This document shows, in pieces, positions 1-10,095 of a stretch of 64,000 nucleotides of DNA. This DNA is from a virus (taxonomy: Duplodnaviria; Caudoviricetes). Numbering within the stretch: the first letter of the stretch is position 1; each line of letters begins with the position of its first letter. The DNA lies in the IMG/VR virus record IMGVR_UViG_3300028886_001681, positions 96,259 through 160,258 of that record, one strand, 5' to 3'. Under the pieces are notes generated by a model, which was not told the origin of the DNA, searched no databases, and saw only the letters and a program-made list of their open reading frames with translations. Position numbers and translations under genes: made by a program.

Positions 1-765
1 CTTACGAGACCAATAAGCGAAATTCTGTGCAATTTCCATATCATGCAAATATCCTTTCAAATCTTCACCTTCAAGATATGCAAGTTCATTTGGAACATTC
101 GGCATTTCTTTTCTATGTTTATCAAGCAATTCTTCGTAATCTTTTTCACTTATCGCTTTATTCTGTTTCAAGACTGTAAGAAAACTTTTAGTACATCGAA
201 TTGCTTTTTGATATTCAATTGCTTTATTCTGCCAATATTTACAAACTTCAATCCCTAAATGCCGAGAACCACTATGAATTACAAGATAATAATTCCCTTC
301 TTCATCGATATCCAATTCACCGAAATGATTTCCACCACCCAAACTTCCTAGAGCAAGTAATTCTTTTTCTTTATTGATTGGTGTAATAAGATTGTCAAAA
401 TTTACATTTTCACAAAATTTATGTTTTGTAGTTCTATGTGTCATTCCCATAGGAATATTTGCTCTCCACACTTTATCTAAATTTTTTAAATCAAAATGAA
501 AATCTTTAGATATTTTAAGAACTTGCATTCCACAACCTATATCAACACCAACCAAATTAGGAACTACTTTATCAATGATAGTTTGTGTAAAACCAATTAC
601 ACAACCACTTCCTGCATGACAATCTTCCATAATTCTAATTTGAGAATTTTCTGAAAATTTTTGATTTAATAAATTTAAAATCTGCTTATAACATGCTTCT
701 TCTAATTTATCATAATCATCTACGAAAACTTTAGCACTGTTATATTTTCCTTTAATTTCAATCAT
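1..765 (-). CDS. rtcB: RtcB-family RNA ligase (3' end outside window; absent from ORF track)
   Basis: Hand translation from ATG at 765: MIEIKGKYNSAKVF...IMEDCHAGSGCVIG...PNLVGVDIGCGM...GSLGGGNHF...VIHSGSR, the canonical RtcB motifs. Confidence 0.9.
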   Translation of the reverse strand, partial: MIEIKGKYNSAKVFVDDYDKLEEACYKQILNLLNQKFSENSQIRIMEDCHAGSGCVIGFTQTIIDKVVPNLVGVDIGCGMQVLKISKDFHFDLKNLDKVWRANIPMGMTHRTTKHKFCENVNFDNLITPINKEKELLALGSLGGGNHFGELDIDEEGNYYLVIHSGSRHLGIEVCKYWQNKAIEYQKAIRCTKSFLTVLKQNKAISEKDYEELLDKHRKEMPNVPNELAYLEGEDLKGYLHDMEIAQNFAYWSRK

Positions 766-806
766 ATTATTTTCCTCATTCTCCAATATCATCAATGTTT
801 GCTATT

Positions 807-1829
807 TTACAAATCTGTTCCATTACTTTTCAGTCGAATAACTTCATTACAAATATCAAACACTTCATTTGATAAACTTACTGATTTTGCAAATTTTTCA
901 AAAGTCGGTTTTTCCGATTTTTCTACATCATTAATTTCAACTTCTGTAACTCTCTGCTTGAGAACCTTGTTAGTATAGAATTCAAATCCCATTTCTTTTG
1001 CTTGCTTGGAATATTCTTCAAGAGCCGTATTTTTATCAAGAACACCCTTTACTGTGAATATTGCATATTTTGTTTCAATCTTTGGCAACGGATTGGGGTA
1101 TTCTACAGTGTAGTATTCCATAAACTTTGGAATCTCTTTCAATTCATATTCTTTTGTTTCTCCATCAATAATTGCGAGGTATTTTGTATCATTGTGTTCA
1201 GATGATGAGTTCATGCAAGCACTTCCTAAGTATCTTCCACCTTTATGAAGATTGCATGTATGAATATGACCATGCAAAAAATGTTTTACTTTTAATTGAG
1301 ATAAATCACAATATTTTTTTGAGAAGTGATTTGTTTCATCTTCAACGTGACCCATACAATAATCAAATTCTACATCTTTAATTTCTTCATTTTCATACAG
1401 ATGTGAATATGTTTCTACCATTGATTTTTTGGAAGCAACCCCCTCATGATTATAAAAGGGGAGTGTGAGAATTTTAGTGTTATAAAAATCAATAACTTTC
1501 CATTCTTGTATTACTTCCACATTTTTCAATGGCTTAAAAAGCGACAATACTGTAGACTGATTAATAGCATCATGATTTCCTTGAAGTAGAAATATTTTTG
1601 AAAATTTAGACTTATTTACAAAAAAATCAACAAACACCTCGAAACATTCAAAACTAGAATTGATTTCCACAAGGTCTCCGAGAAATAAAATTTCATTATT
1701 TTCATTATTTAAATTTTTATCATTAAAAATAAAATTTAATGTGTCAATTGCATTATCATACTTGGGATGTTTATCACAAAGATGAATATCACCTACTACA
1801 ACAAGTTTATGATTTGCATTTTCACTCAT
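807..1829 (-). CDS. SbcD/Mre11/T4 gp47-like metallophosphoesterase nuclease
   Basis: GDIH, LGDL, GNHD, GH and HGHIH motifs plus YLGS; likely start MSEN at 1829. Confidence 0.8.
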   Translation of the reverse strand: MSENANHKLVVVGDIHLCDKHPKYDNAIDTLNFIFNDKNLNNENNEILFLGDLVEINSSFECFEVFVDFFVNKSKFSKIFLLQGNHDAINQSTVLSLFKPLKNVEVIQEWKVIDFYNTKILTLPFYNHEGVASKKSMVETYSHLYENEEIKDVEFDYCMGHVEDETNHFSKKYCDLSQLKVKHFLHGHIHTCNLHKGGRYLGSACMNSSSEHNDTKYLAIIDGETKEYELKEIPKFMEYYTVEYPNPLPKIETKYAIFTVKGVLDKNTALEEYSKQAKEMGFEFYTNKVLKQRVTEVEINDVEKSEKPTFEKFAKSVSLSNEVFDICNEVIRLKSNGTDL

Positions 1830-1966
1830 ATTATTCCTCACATATAAAAAATCTTTGATGTTCAAATTATAAAACATCAGAGATTTTATGTCAAGTAATT
1901 TTGTAAAATATTAAGTTAATTTTGCAAGAAACAATTAAAATTAAAAACTGTTACTCAAAAAAATAT

Positions 1967-1982
1967 TAACTATTATAACTAT
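1967..1982 (+). promoter_or_regulatory. Tandem TAACTAT motifs upstream of tnpB
   Basis: TAACTAT at 1967-1973 and 1976-1982; same motif precedes many phage genes. Confidence 0.55.
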
Positions 1983-2044
1983 ATAAATAAAGGTTGGAAT
2001 GTGACCTCCAACCTTAAAAATATCAAACAATAGGTAAGTATTGC

Positions 2045-3385
2045 ATGACAGATAAGATAGTTAATAGAGCGTTAAAAGTCAGATTATATCCTTCTCAAGA
2101 GCAAAAAGAATTCTTAAATAAATCTTTAGGAACATCTCGTTTCTTTTATAATTATCTGTTAAATGAAAAAATTGAATTTTATAAGAATGAAATTGAACCA
2201 ATTAAAGAAGATGTCAAATTAAAATCAGAAAAATATAAAAGTTTTAAGGCGACCACCAAGAAACAATTCAAGGAAAAATTTGATTTTGCAAAGGAATGTT
2301 CCGATGACTGTCTGAATTCGACAGAAAGAAATCTACAATCCGCTTTCAACAATTTTTTCAAAAGTCTGAACAAATCGAGAAAAGGGAAGATGGGTTTTCC
2401 AAAATTCCGTTCAAAGAAAGAGCACAAGGATTCTTACACGGAATGTCATGTTAAAAAGAACGCTTTTGACTTCCATAATAGAAAAATAAATATTTCAAAA
2501 TGCACACCGATTTATTTCAAACATCGCGAAAAATTGCCAAAATGGTATAACAAGGAAACTTGTATATTAAAATCAATTACAATAAGCAAAAATTCATGTG
2601 GGGAATATTGGGTAAGTTTATTATTTGAACTTCCTAATTTTAATTCCAATCAAAAACCAATTGACGAAAATCAAGCGATTGGCTTGGATTGGTCTCCGTC
2701 TGAATTTTACATAGACTCCGAGTGTCACTCGGCGAAAGATTATGGCTACGAACCGCAAAAGCAAAAACATGCAAAACAACTTGCGAAGTTGCAGAGAAGG
2801 TTGGCAAAGAAAACCAAAGGTTCAGTAAATTATGAAAAAGCAAGAATAAAACTTGCTAAATTAGAGAAACATATTGCAGATTCTCGCAAGTGGTGGATTG
2901 AGAATGAATCTTTAAGACTTACTAAAAATTATTCCACAATCGGAATTGAGGATTTGAATCTTCAAGGAATTGCCAAATTCCTACGAAACGCAAAGAATGT
3001 CAATGATTGTGCTTACGGAATTTTTACAACTCGTCTGATTCAAAAAGGCGAAGAATTAGGAACTTCTGTGATAAAAGTTGACAGATATTATCCTTCATCT
3101 CAATTATGCCACGTTTGCGGTTATCAAAACCATAATTTGAAACTTTCAGATAGAGAATGGGTTTGTCCTTCTTGTGGTGAACACCACATAAGGGATTACA
3201 ACGCAAGCATCAATCTGAAAAACGAAGCGATTAGATTATCTGTACCCATGAGACGTGGGGAATTTAGGTCTGCGGAGGGCGTTGAAAATGTAAATTCGCT
3301 TGTTTTACAAGCGTTAAACATTGGAGCGTCCGTTGAAACAGAAAGAACTACTTGCGAAAGTGTTCAGAAAGCCTACAGTCTTTAG
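2045..3385 (+). CDS. tnpB: IS200/IS605-family TnpB RNA-guided nuclease (no adjacent tnpA)
   Basis: N-terminal RALKVRLYP HTH, RuvC motifs GLDW, IEDL and RDYNA, zinc finger CHVCG/CPSCG. Confidence 0.92.
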   Translation: MTDKIVNRALKVRLYPSQEQKEFLNKSLGTSRFFYNYLLNEKIEFYKNEIEPIKEDVKLKSEKYKSFKATTKKQFKEKFDFAKECSDDCLNSTERNLQSAFNNFFKSLNKSRKGKMGFPKFRSKKEHKDSYTECHVKKNAFDFHNRKINISKCTPIYFKHREKLPKWYNKETCILKSITISKNSCGEYWVSLLFELPNFNSNQKPIDENQAIGLDWSPSEFYIDSECHSAKDYGYEPQKQKHAKQLAKLQRRLAKKTKGSVNYEKARIKLAKLEKHIADSRKWWIENESLRLTKNYSTIGIEDLNLQGIAKFLRNAKNVNDCAYGIFTTRLIQKGEELGTSVIKVDRYYPSSQLCHVCGYQNHNLKLSDREWVCPSCGEHHIRDYNASINLKNEAIRLSVPMRRGEFRSAEGVENVNSLVLQALNIGASVETERTTCESVQKAYSL

Positions 3386-3401
3386 ACTATAGGTAGTTTA
3401 C
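3240..3401 (+). ncRNA. Probable TnpB omega-RNA scaffold / element right end
   Basis: Overlaps tnpB 3' end and ends in hairpin GCCTACAGTC-TTTA-GACTATAGGT followed by AGTTTAC; 5' boundary approximate. Confidence 0.6.
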
Positions 3402-3709
3402 ATCTCCTTTATATCCTTCAATCTTTCGATTGTGATTTCATGATTTCTCTTTTTTGTGGCGAAATCCCAATCCACCTTAAAAGCGAGGAACTTTCCGTTA
3501 TGCCATTTGTCTAAGACTTTGCCTTGAATGTTTTCGACCTTCGTTCCTTTTCCGCTAGACCGAACCAAATCGCCCACTTGAATCGGAGACTCTTCCTTGG
3601 GAAGTCTAGCCAATTCCTTTTCAGTTTTGGCAATGATTTTTCCACCCTCACTAACATCGCTCATGAAAGACGAATGATTATAAAATGTCTGAATGTTCAA
3701 TCCGTTCAT
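3398..3709 (-). CDS. Hypothetical protein (SH3/KOW-like basic)
   Basis: ORF with upstream TTGACA-type promoter; stop codon lies inside the TnpB right end. Confidence 0.6.
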   Translation of the reverse strand: MNGLNIQTFYNHSSFMSDVSEGGKIIAKTEKELARLPKEESPIQVGDLVRSSGKGTKVENIQGKVLDKWHNGKFLAFKVDWDFATKKRNHEITIERLKDIKEM

Positions 3710-3802
3710 GGCTTAAATATAACGCAAGACGAAAGTTTTGTCAAGCAAAATTGTTGAAAAAAGCGGAAGATTTTTTAACCTTCCGCCAAACACAAAACCA
3801 AT

Positions 3803-4390
3803 TCAAACAAATGTCAATGGAATCAAAACAACTCCAAAGAAATACACGCAGTTGGATAAAGTTCTTATCGTCCGCTTGACGCATTCCTTGAATTCCAATC
3901 TGCTCACTATCAAACTCACATCTCCGAAAAACAACAAAAGGAATCCAATATTTCGGCAAGCGGAGAAAGCGTACAAGCAACTTCCCAATGTTCCGACCGC
4001 GTAGACGCAAGCCAAGCATTTGGTCAACAAATCCACTTTCCAAAACGGAAGAATCGCTCCGCACAAGCACAAGGGAATCGCCAACGAAACGGTCAATTTA
4101 ATCCAATTGAACTCCCAAGTATGGTACGCCAACCAAGCGGTGAACGAATAGACAAACGCGAAAGCCAAAGCCCCCATTATGTCATTCTCATCAATCAACA
4201 CATTAGCCACCACACAACCAATCAACAGAACCGCACACCTAATGTCGAAAAAGAAAAACAACAAAAGGCAAGGGGACAAATCCACAAAGTCCTTGCACAA
4301 CGACTTAATCAAGTCGTTTTTGACCAAGTCGTATTCCCAAACGCAATAAAACAAACACGCCAACAAAGCGAAAACAATCGAAACCGCCAT
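3803..4390 (-). CDS. Multi-pass membrane protein (possibly YhhN-like)
   Basis: About six hydrophobic segments, GFLLLFFGD segment, AGGAG SD. Confidence 0.55.
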   Translation of the reverse strand: MAVSIVFALLACLFYCVWEYDLVKNDLIKSLCKDFVDLSPCLLLFFFFDIRCAVLLIGCVVANVLIDENDIMGALAFAFVYSFTAWLAYHTWEFNWIKLTVSLAIPLCLCGAILPFWKVDLLTKCLACVYAVGTLGSCLYAFSACRNIGFLLLFFGDVSLIVSRLEFKECVKRTIRTLSNCVYFFGVVLIPLTFV

Positions 4391-4404
4391 AAAATTCTCC
4401 TTTT

Positions 4405-4665
4405 TTAATTATGTCCGTTAATCAACTGTTCGACTCGTTGGCGAGAGATGTTGTAAGCCTTTCCGATTTCTCGATAGGTCTTTCCCTCGCTCCGCATTTT
4501 GTTGATTTCAATTAAGCGCTTTTCGTCGCGCTCTTTCTTGGGTTTCAACCCTCTCATTCTCAAATGGCGGTAAACTGTGGAAACCGAAAGATTGAACTTC
4601 TTCATGATTTCTTCAACCACCAAATTGTCCTTGTTGCTTTCAAGATAATCGCTCAAATAATCCAT
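4405..4665 (-). CDS. Double helix-turn-helix DNA-binding protein
   Basis: LSVSTVYRHL and sigma-region-4-like TYREIGKAYNISRQRVEQ. Confidence 0.7.
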   Translation of the reverse strand: MDYLSDYLESNKDNLVVEEIMKKFNLSVSTVYRHLRMRGLKPKKERDEKRLIEINKMRSEGKTYREIGKAYNISRQRVEQLINGHN

Positions 4666-4700
4666 ATAAATCCTCCATGTTTTAGCGACTTTATTTTATC

Positions 4701-5582
4701 TCAACAGACTTCAAATTCCAAGTCCTTTTTCGTGTCAAAAATTCCTCGGACTTTGTGCTCCCTTGAGTCTGTCAACACAAATAAATTCTCTCCGTGACGA
4801 ATGTTGTAGTATCCGTCCGTCGAAAAATATCCATCCATTATCTCAGTGTGTCCCACAACTTGCTTGCTCCAATAAGGTTCGGAAAGCAAAGAGGGAGGTC
4901 TAATCCATAAAATTCCTTGTTGAACTTCGTCACCTGTCGGACTGCATAGACCATGCCAATCAAGCAACTCATCGAACTCATACGAAAAATTCTCGTCGCC
5001 GTTAAAATGGGTCAGTCCGTGCCAAACCTCGTTCAACAAATCGACCGAGAATTCTTTCTCGTCCCAAAGTTTTGTAGTGGAGTTTATTTTGGCGATGAAT
5101 TCGTCGTATTCCTCCCTAGAGGCGAATTCCTTTCCGTCCAACGCTTCTTTCGGATACTCATCCAACAATCTATGAAGACAAGGCTTTAAATACGCGACCA
5201 CCCAAGTCTTCGAGAAGCCTGCGTGGGAGAAAACCCAACCGTCATTCTCGAAAGCCAAGTCAATCAAGTCCAAGTTTGAGTTCAACAACCCTCGTATCTC
5301 TCCGACTCTCTTATGTTGGTGTCCGCTACAGTTGGCTCCCTCGCGAGTTCCACTAATGTATGAGAAGTCATGATTTCCCAAGAGCAACCTCACCTTGTCC
5401 TTATTCGCTCGTTTGAATTCGCATATTCCCTTAAAGTTCTCTCCTTGGCTCGGCCACTTGTTTTCCCAAGAATCGAAGTAGTCGCCCATGAAAACGACGA
5501 AATCGACTTCGCCTATTTTCTCCTTGGCGACAAGCCACTCGCGAGACCCATGAACATCGGGAACAATCAATATTTTAGACAA
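4701..5582 (-). CDS. Calcineurin-like metallophosphoesterase
   Basis: PDVHG, MGDYFD, LGNHD, SHAG, VGHT motifs; probable TTG start at 5582. Confidence 0.8.
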   Translation of the reverse strand: MSKILIVPDVHGSREWLVAKEKIGEVDFVVFMGDYFDSWENKWPSQGENFKGICEFKRANKDKVRLLLGNHDFSYISGTREGANCSGHQHKRVGEIRGLLNSNLDLIDLAFENDGWVFSHAGFSKTWVVAYLKPCLHRLLDEYPKEALDGKEFASREEYDEFIAKINSTTKLWDEKEFSVDLLNEVWHGLTHFNGDENFSYEFDELLDWHGLCSPTGDEVQQGILWIRPPSLLSEPYWSKQVVGHTEIMDGYFSTDGYYNIRHGENLFVLTDSREHKVRGIFDTKKDLEFEVC

Positions 5583-5847
5583 TCGAAGCCTCCTCGTTGT
5601 ATTCTTTCTCAAACTCGCTCGCGTCATGAAAAACGAACTTTCCGTCTTCCAAAACGACATAATCGCTTTCCTTGGCGATGTACTTGGCGTACATGAAATG
5701 GTCGCTATCATTCAACATCGGAAGAAGCAACTTTCCGTCATAATCCAACAAGGCCTCCTTGCAGAATTTCTTGATTTCGTCGAAGTTGTCTCCGTTCCAT
5801 TGAAGAGCCTTCACTTGAATCGGCTTTCTAATATAGGTCTTTTCCAT
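5575..5847 (-). CDS. Conserved small phage protein
   Basis: YIRKPIQVKALQWNG...FEKEY pattern, SD present. Confidence 0.65.
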   Translation of the reverse strand: MEKTYIRKPIQVKALQWNGDNFDEIKKFCKEALLDYDGKLLLPMLNDSDHFMYAKYIAKESDYVVLEDGKFVFHDASEFEKEYNEEASIV

Positions 5848-5856
5848 TCACTCTCC

Positions 5857-6147
5857 TTATTCCAATCCTCTGATTTCGTGTATAGCAAACTTTCTCATTT
5901 TCTCCGCCTTCTTGGGAGATTCGATTTTCTCGGAGTCATCCAAACACTTCAAGCAAACGCAATCCGCCCAAGTTCCGATTGAGCAAGAGCCAAACCGCAC
6001 CTCGAAATTGCTCACAGGACTGACACCTTGGTATCCGAAGCCCTTCTTGTGGAATTTCTTGTTGTGAGATTTCTGCCATTCGTACATTTTGTCAACTTCC
6101 TTGTTGGTCAATGAGTAGCAGTAATAAAATTCATTTTCTTCGTTCAT
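5857..6147 (-). CDS. Hypothetical protein
   Basis: Co-oriented ORF with GGAG SD. Confidence 0.55.
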   Translation of the reverse strand: MNEENEFYYCYSLTNKEVDKMYEWQKSHNKKFHKKGFGYQGVSPVSNFEVRFGSCSIGTWADCVCLKCLDDSEKIESPKKAEKMRKFAIHEIRGLE

Positions 6148-6410
6148 ATAATCTCCGTCTCCTCTATGAATTTCTTACTTATGTTCCGCACGAATCCATC
6201 CTCCCATTTAATCTTGAAACGACAATCGTCCATGGAATAAAAAATATTTCCTATGTGCTCGTCAAACTTGATTTTGGAGTTGGACATCAATTCCTTTCCA
6301 TTCTTGTCCTTTAATCCTAGGTTGTATAACTTGTCCTTTCTCAAAATCAATCCCCTCCGAAAATCCAATTCGGAGACTTTACGAATCCTTTCCCTAAAAG
6401 AAACCGCCAA
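6144..6410 (-). CDS. Hypothetical protein
   Basis: Co-oriented ORF, ATGA overlap with next gene. Confidence 0.5.
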   Translation of the reverse strand: MAVSFRERIRKVSELDFRRGLILRKDKLYNLGLKDKNGKELMSNSKIKFDEHIGNIFYSMDDCRFKIKWEDGFVRNISKKFIEETEII

Positions 6411-6572
6411 AGACGCTCCCTCAAGGAAACCTTTATCTCGTCGTATTCCAATCCATTCAATAATTCTTCCATATATCGCATTTTACAACAAACGAATTGA
6501 ATTGTCAAGTCTTTTTGCAAAAAAAAAGACCCTCTCATCGAGGGTCTTATATATATCTTCGGATTTGGAAAG

Positions 6573-6989
6573 TTATTTTCCAATCCGACCAAATTTATAA
6601 TTGATGATTGAGTCCAACTCGGCATTGAAAGAATCAATTTCGCTCTCAACAAACCCTTCATATCCTTCCATCTTGTCGCCAAACTCAATGATTTTATTTC
6701 CCTTTTCCTTTAATTCGCCAACAATGAAAGCGGTTTTGAAGTTTTCGCCTTCGACAGTCTTCCAATTAATTTCTTTTTCCAAAAGAATGTCAGTTGGATT
6801 GGGAACAACCTCTCCGTGAGCAATCGCCATCTCAGCGAACTTGTCATAATACTCAAAGCAAACTTCATACAAATCTTGCAATAGTTCGTGGATGCTCAAA
6901 AAGTTTTCACCCTCGGTATACAAATGCAAAAGCCTAGCGTCGTTTCCCAAAAGATAAGCATAACTTGAAAGTTCAGACAATGTACTCAT
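6573..6989 (-). CDS. Dps/ferritin-like protein
   Basis: LHLYTEGENFLSIHELLQDLYE...DKFAE matches the Dps ferroxidase signature; TAACTAT near 7008-7014 upstream. Confidence 0.7.
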   Translation of the reverse strand: MSTLSELSSYAYLLGNDARLLHLYTEGENFLSIHELLQDLYEVCFEYYDKFAEMAIAHGEVVPNPTDILLEKEINWKTVEGENFKTAFIVGELKEKGNKIIEFGDKMEGYEGFVESEIDSFNAELDSIINYKFGRIGK

Positions 6990-7012
6990 AAAATCACCTC
7001 TCCTTAATATAG

Positions 7013-7903
7013 TTATTTTTTCAATATATAGTTTATATAGTTATGCAATTCATAAAAATATCCGCACATGGCGAAATCGAAACGCATGTCGTCGCCCAAC
7101 TTTCCATTGCGAAAGTTGCGGTAATTGCAATAATAAGAACTTATGGCCATATAAAGATGATACAACGACTTGCCTCCGTTCTTTATATAAATCTCCCTAA
7201 TCCACTCCTTTTGTTCGGCCATGTGAAGGTTTACGCATTTCGATTTTTTCCAATCCAAATCAAACAATGGATTCAATGTTCCATTCAAGTCGATTTCCCT
7301 TTCATTCAACTCGTCTACGGTTTTTTGAGCGTATTTTATGTATTCCTCGACCTCTTTTTGAATCCGCTCAAACTTGGACTTTATGTCCATTCTCCCCATA
7401 GTCCATATTCGCTTATGGCGTTCGTCCGACAATTGAAAAACCGCGTGGTCTTTTTCTCTTATCAAAGTCAATGCGCAGTTCACAGCGTTCCTTCCGTCAA
7501 ATCCGTTAGCCACGGTGATGTAAGTCAAAAAATCATCGTTCAACAACTTGGTTTTCTTCAACAACATTGTAATGTAGGATTTCTTTTTATTCAATATATC
7601 TCCACACGAAACGAACTTTGAACCCTCATACGCTTTTTTGAACAAGTCTGTTATTTGGAAGCATTCATCATTGTCCATGAGTTTATATTGCTTTTTGACG
7701 ACATAAATAGGTTTCATATCGTCGCTTCTTGCAACAACTCTGTTTTGCGGAATTTCAATGTATTCCCCGTTTATGCAAGTGAAACACGGCAAAGAAACGA
7801 CTTTCCATAAAAAATTCTTTTCTTTCATGAATTCACATGCACATTCTGTTTTGGAAGGCTCAACATCTAGTCTTTGCCACCAATAAGACAATTTATTCAT
7901 CAT
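7013..7903 (-). CDS. DUF932-like phage protein
   Basis: YKLMDNDECF and ANGFDGRNAV segments resemble DUF932 family. Confidence 0.5.
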   Translation of the reverse strand: MMNKLSYWWQRLDVEPSKTECACEFMKEKNFLWKVVSLPCFTCINGEYIEIPQNRVVARSDDMKPIYVVKKQYKLMDNDECFQITDLFKKAYEGSKFVSCGDILNKKKSYITMLLKKTKLLNDDFLTYITVANGFDGRNAVNCALTLIREKDHAVFQLSDERHKRIWTMGRMDIKSKFERIQKEVEEYIKYAQKTVDELNEREIDLNGTLNPLFDLDWKKSKCVNLHMAEQKEWIREIYIKNGGKSLYHLYMAISSYYCNYRNFRNGKLGDDMRFDFAMCGYFYELHNYINYILKK

Positions 7904-8387
7904 CGTTCAAATTCTTTTGGGCGGAGATTATTCTTGAAAGTTTCTCAATCGCTTGTCTTTGGGAAGGAGTCAAATCCACGCTTTCTTTTTCCTCGTCTTT
8001 TGTAGCGGGTGTGAGAATTGTGTTCGGTGTGGCTTGAGTCGGAGCAAACAATTTAAACAACGAGTCTATGTTCTTCGACTTTTCGGAAGAAATCGTTGCG
8101 TAGAATGCCCTCAACTCGTCATTGCTCAAATCATGGGCAAGAACTCTTTTGGCAATCTCAGCCTCAAGCAATCCTTTCAATGTGTTCTGATGCTCCAAGT
8201 TGCGCAACTGCGAAGAAACGAACAAGGACACATCGTTCCTTAAATCGTCTTGAGTCATAACTCGCTTGGCTCCGTTTTCGTCCAAATCATAAAGGCTTTT
8301 CAAGAGTTGTTTGCTTTCATCGACCAAAGAGTTCGCGTCTTGAATTGAAAGTTCCGTGCTTTCGCTTCCCTCATATTCATCAGACAT
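7893..8387 (-). CDS. Hypothetical helical protein
   Basis: GGAGG SD; driven from divergent TAACTAT palindrome. Confidence 0.6.
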   Translation of the reverse strand: MSDEYEGSESTELSIQDANSLVDESKQLLKSLYDLDENGAKRVMTQDDLRNDVSLFVSSQLRNLEHQNTLKGLLEAEIAKRVLAHDLSNDELRAFYATISSEKSKNIDSLFKLFAPTQATPNTILTPATKDEEKESVDLTPSQRQAIEKLSRIISAQKNLNDDE

Positions 8388-8410
8388 ATCGTATCCTCCA
8401 AATTCAAAAA

Positions 8411-8429
8411 TAACTATTTAAAATAGTTA
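8411..8429. promoter_or_regulatory. Divergent TAACTAT/ATAGTTA promoter pair
   Basis: TAACTATTTAAAATAGTTA inverted repeat between divergent genes. Confidence 0.6.
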
Positions 8430-8842
8430 TGAAGGAAGAAAACTCTCAAAACGAACTTCTTAATTCTGTGGAATTCCTCTTTGCCAAGCCTTGTTTTCAA
8501 GGACACTACATGTATGCTATGGACGATTTGGATTCCATGAGCGTCATAGACAAAGATTCTTTAAAAAATCTTTTAGTTCAATTGAAATGCTATGATTTCG
8601 TTAAAACGAATTATTTGCTAGACAGAAACCTTCCATTGTTTTTCAACGCCAAAGAAAAAAAAATTGAAGAATTTCAAGACATCAATGAACTTGACGAAAA
8701 GACGCTTAAAAAAATGTTGCATGATGAATTGAATTTAAATTCGAAACTGCAAGAAAAATCAATTTATGAAAAATTCTTTGGCAAGGACAGTGAATTCTAT
8801 AAAAATAAATTCGAGGAGATGTTGAATTATGAGCGTAATTAA
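8429..8842 (+). CDS. Hypothetical protein
   Basis: 137-aa ORF after TAACTAT. Confidence 0.6.
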   Translation: MKEENSQNELLNSVEFLFAKPCFQGHYMYAMDDLDSMSVIDKDSLKNLLVQLKCYDFVKTNYLLDRNLPLFFNAKEKKIEEFQDINELDEKTLKKMLHDELNLNSKLQEKSIYEKFFGKDSEFYKNKFEEMLNYERN

Positions 8843-9329
8843 CCAATACAAGGCGGTTTATCCGATTGAGAACACGAGATTTGAAAATGAAGATGTTTAC
8901 ATCAATGCCACATCGATGGAAAAGGCGGTGAACTTGATTTCAACCGAAAGGGGAGCGGAGCCTATCATAATTTCGAAAGTTCGAGATAATGTTCTCACAG
9001 AACCTACAGAAGAAACCATGGTGGAGTTTGAGATAAAGTCATATTACATTGATGAGGAAAGCGGAGAAGAAATCGAAGTTCCAAATTGCGTTGCATACCC
9101 AACCTCCATTCCGAATTGCGCGAGGGGAAGTACCCTTTATATGCAGACTCCAAATTATTCGTTCGTCGAGGAAATCGAAGGCGAGGAAGTCACCGTGAAT
9201 TACGCGTTTGAAAAATGGATTTATGGAGAAATTGAATACGCAAACAATCCGCAGATTTTCACAATTCCGTTGGATGAAGAAATAAGTTCGGTTAGCATAA
9301 AGGCCATTTATACTAGAACTACAAACTAA
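8829..9329 (+). CDS. Acidic beta-rich protein, possibly virion-associated
   Basis: GAGGAG SD; C-terminal FEKW...KAIY repeat-domain-like pattern. Confidence 0.55.
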   Translation: MSVINQYKAVYPIENTRFENEDVYINATSMEKAVNLISTERGAEPIIISKVRDNVLTEPTEETMVEFEIKSYYIDEESGEEIEVPNCVAYPTSIPNCARGSTLYMQTPNYSFVEEIEGEEVTVNYAFEKWIYGEIEYANNPQIFTIPLDEEISSVSIKAIYTRTTN

Positions 9330-10095
9330 AAATGTCCTTTCGGTATTCTTCGATTCTCTTTTTTGCAATTTCGAAATAATTTTCGTCTTTCTCTATTCCA
9401 ATGAATTTTCGTTTCATTATGAGGGAGGCGACGCATGTGGAACCGCTTCCAAGACAGTTGTCCAAAACGACATCACCTTCCTTAGTGTAAAAGCCAATCA
9501 ACTTTTTCAACAATTCTATCGGCTTTTGGGTCGGATGGAATTTTTCGGAATCCCTCTTGCATTTCAATATGTTGCTCGGAACATTGGAATGCGACACATA
9601 TTCCTTATTGGAGTTCAACTTGTTGTTCAAACCGTCATACCCGCTATTCTTTCTAAATTTGGAGTTGGGATTGTTCCTTTTCATCTTTCCTTCTTCCCTT
9701 TCGATGAAAAATTTTATAGGATTCTTGCTCAAACTTCCGACAGTTGCCTTCGAGAACACGCAGATGTCCTCCGTTTTCTTCAAAGGGGCGTATGCGGAAT
9801 TCAAGAATCCGTTGGCCGACTCCTTCTCCCATATCCAATTATATCGCCATTCCTCCAAATTTGAGCAAATCAAAGTCGAGGTGAACGGTTGGGTCGCAAA
9901 CAAGACGACCACTCCATCATCCTTCACGATTCTATGATAATGTTCCCACAATTTATTATAAGGAATGATTGAATCCCATTTGTGGGCAGTGGTTCCAAAA
10001 GGCAAGTCGCACAAAACCAAGTCAACTGAACCGCTTTCAATTCCGTTCATCACTTCAAGGCAATCACCCTTGAATAATTCGAAGGGTTCGCTCAT
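9319..10095 (-). CDS. DNA methyltransferase (beta-class N6A/N4C)
   Basis: DLPF motif IV, HPTQKP, DNCLGSGST motif I. Confidence 0.9.
   Translation of the reverse strand: MSEPFELFKGDCLEVMNGIESGSVDLVLCDLPFGTTAHKWDSIIPYNKLWEHYHRIVKDDGVVVLFATQPFTSTLICSNLEEWRYNWIWEKESANGFLNSAYAPLKKTEDICVFSKATVGSLSKNPIKFFIEREEGKMKRNNPNSKFRKNSGYDGLNNKLNSNKEYVSHSNVPSNILKCKRDSEKFHPTQKPIELLKKLIGFYTKEGDVVLDNCLGSGSTCVASLIMKRKFIGIEKDENYFEIAKKRIEEYRKDIFSL

Noticed and set aside
4701-5711. 336-aa version of the phosphoesterase in the ORF track
   Set aside because: The extension overlaps gene 5575-5847; the domain starts at KILIVPDVHG, so TTG at 5582 is preferred.
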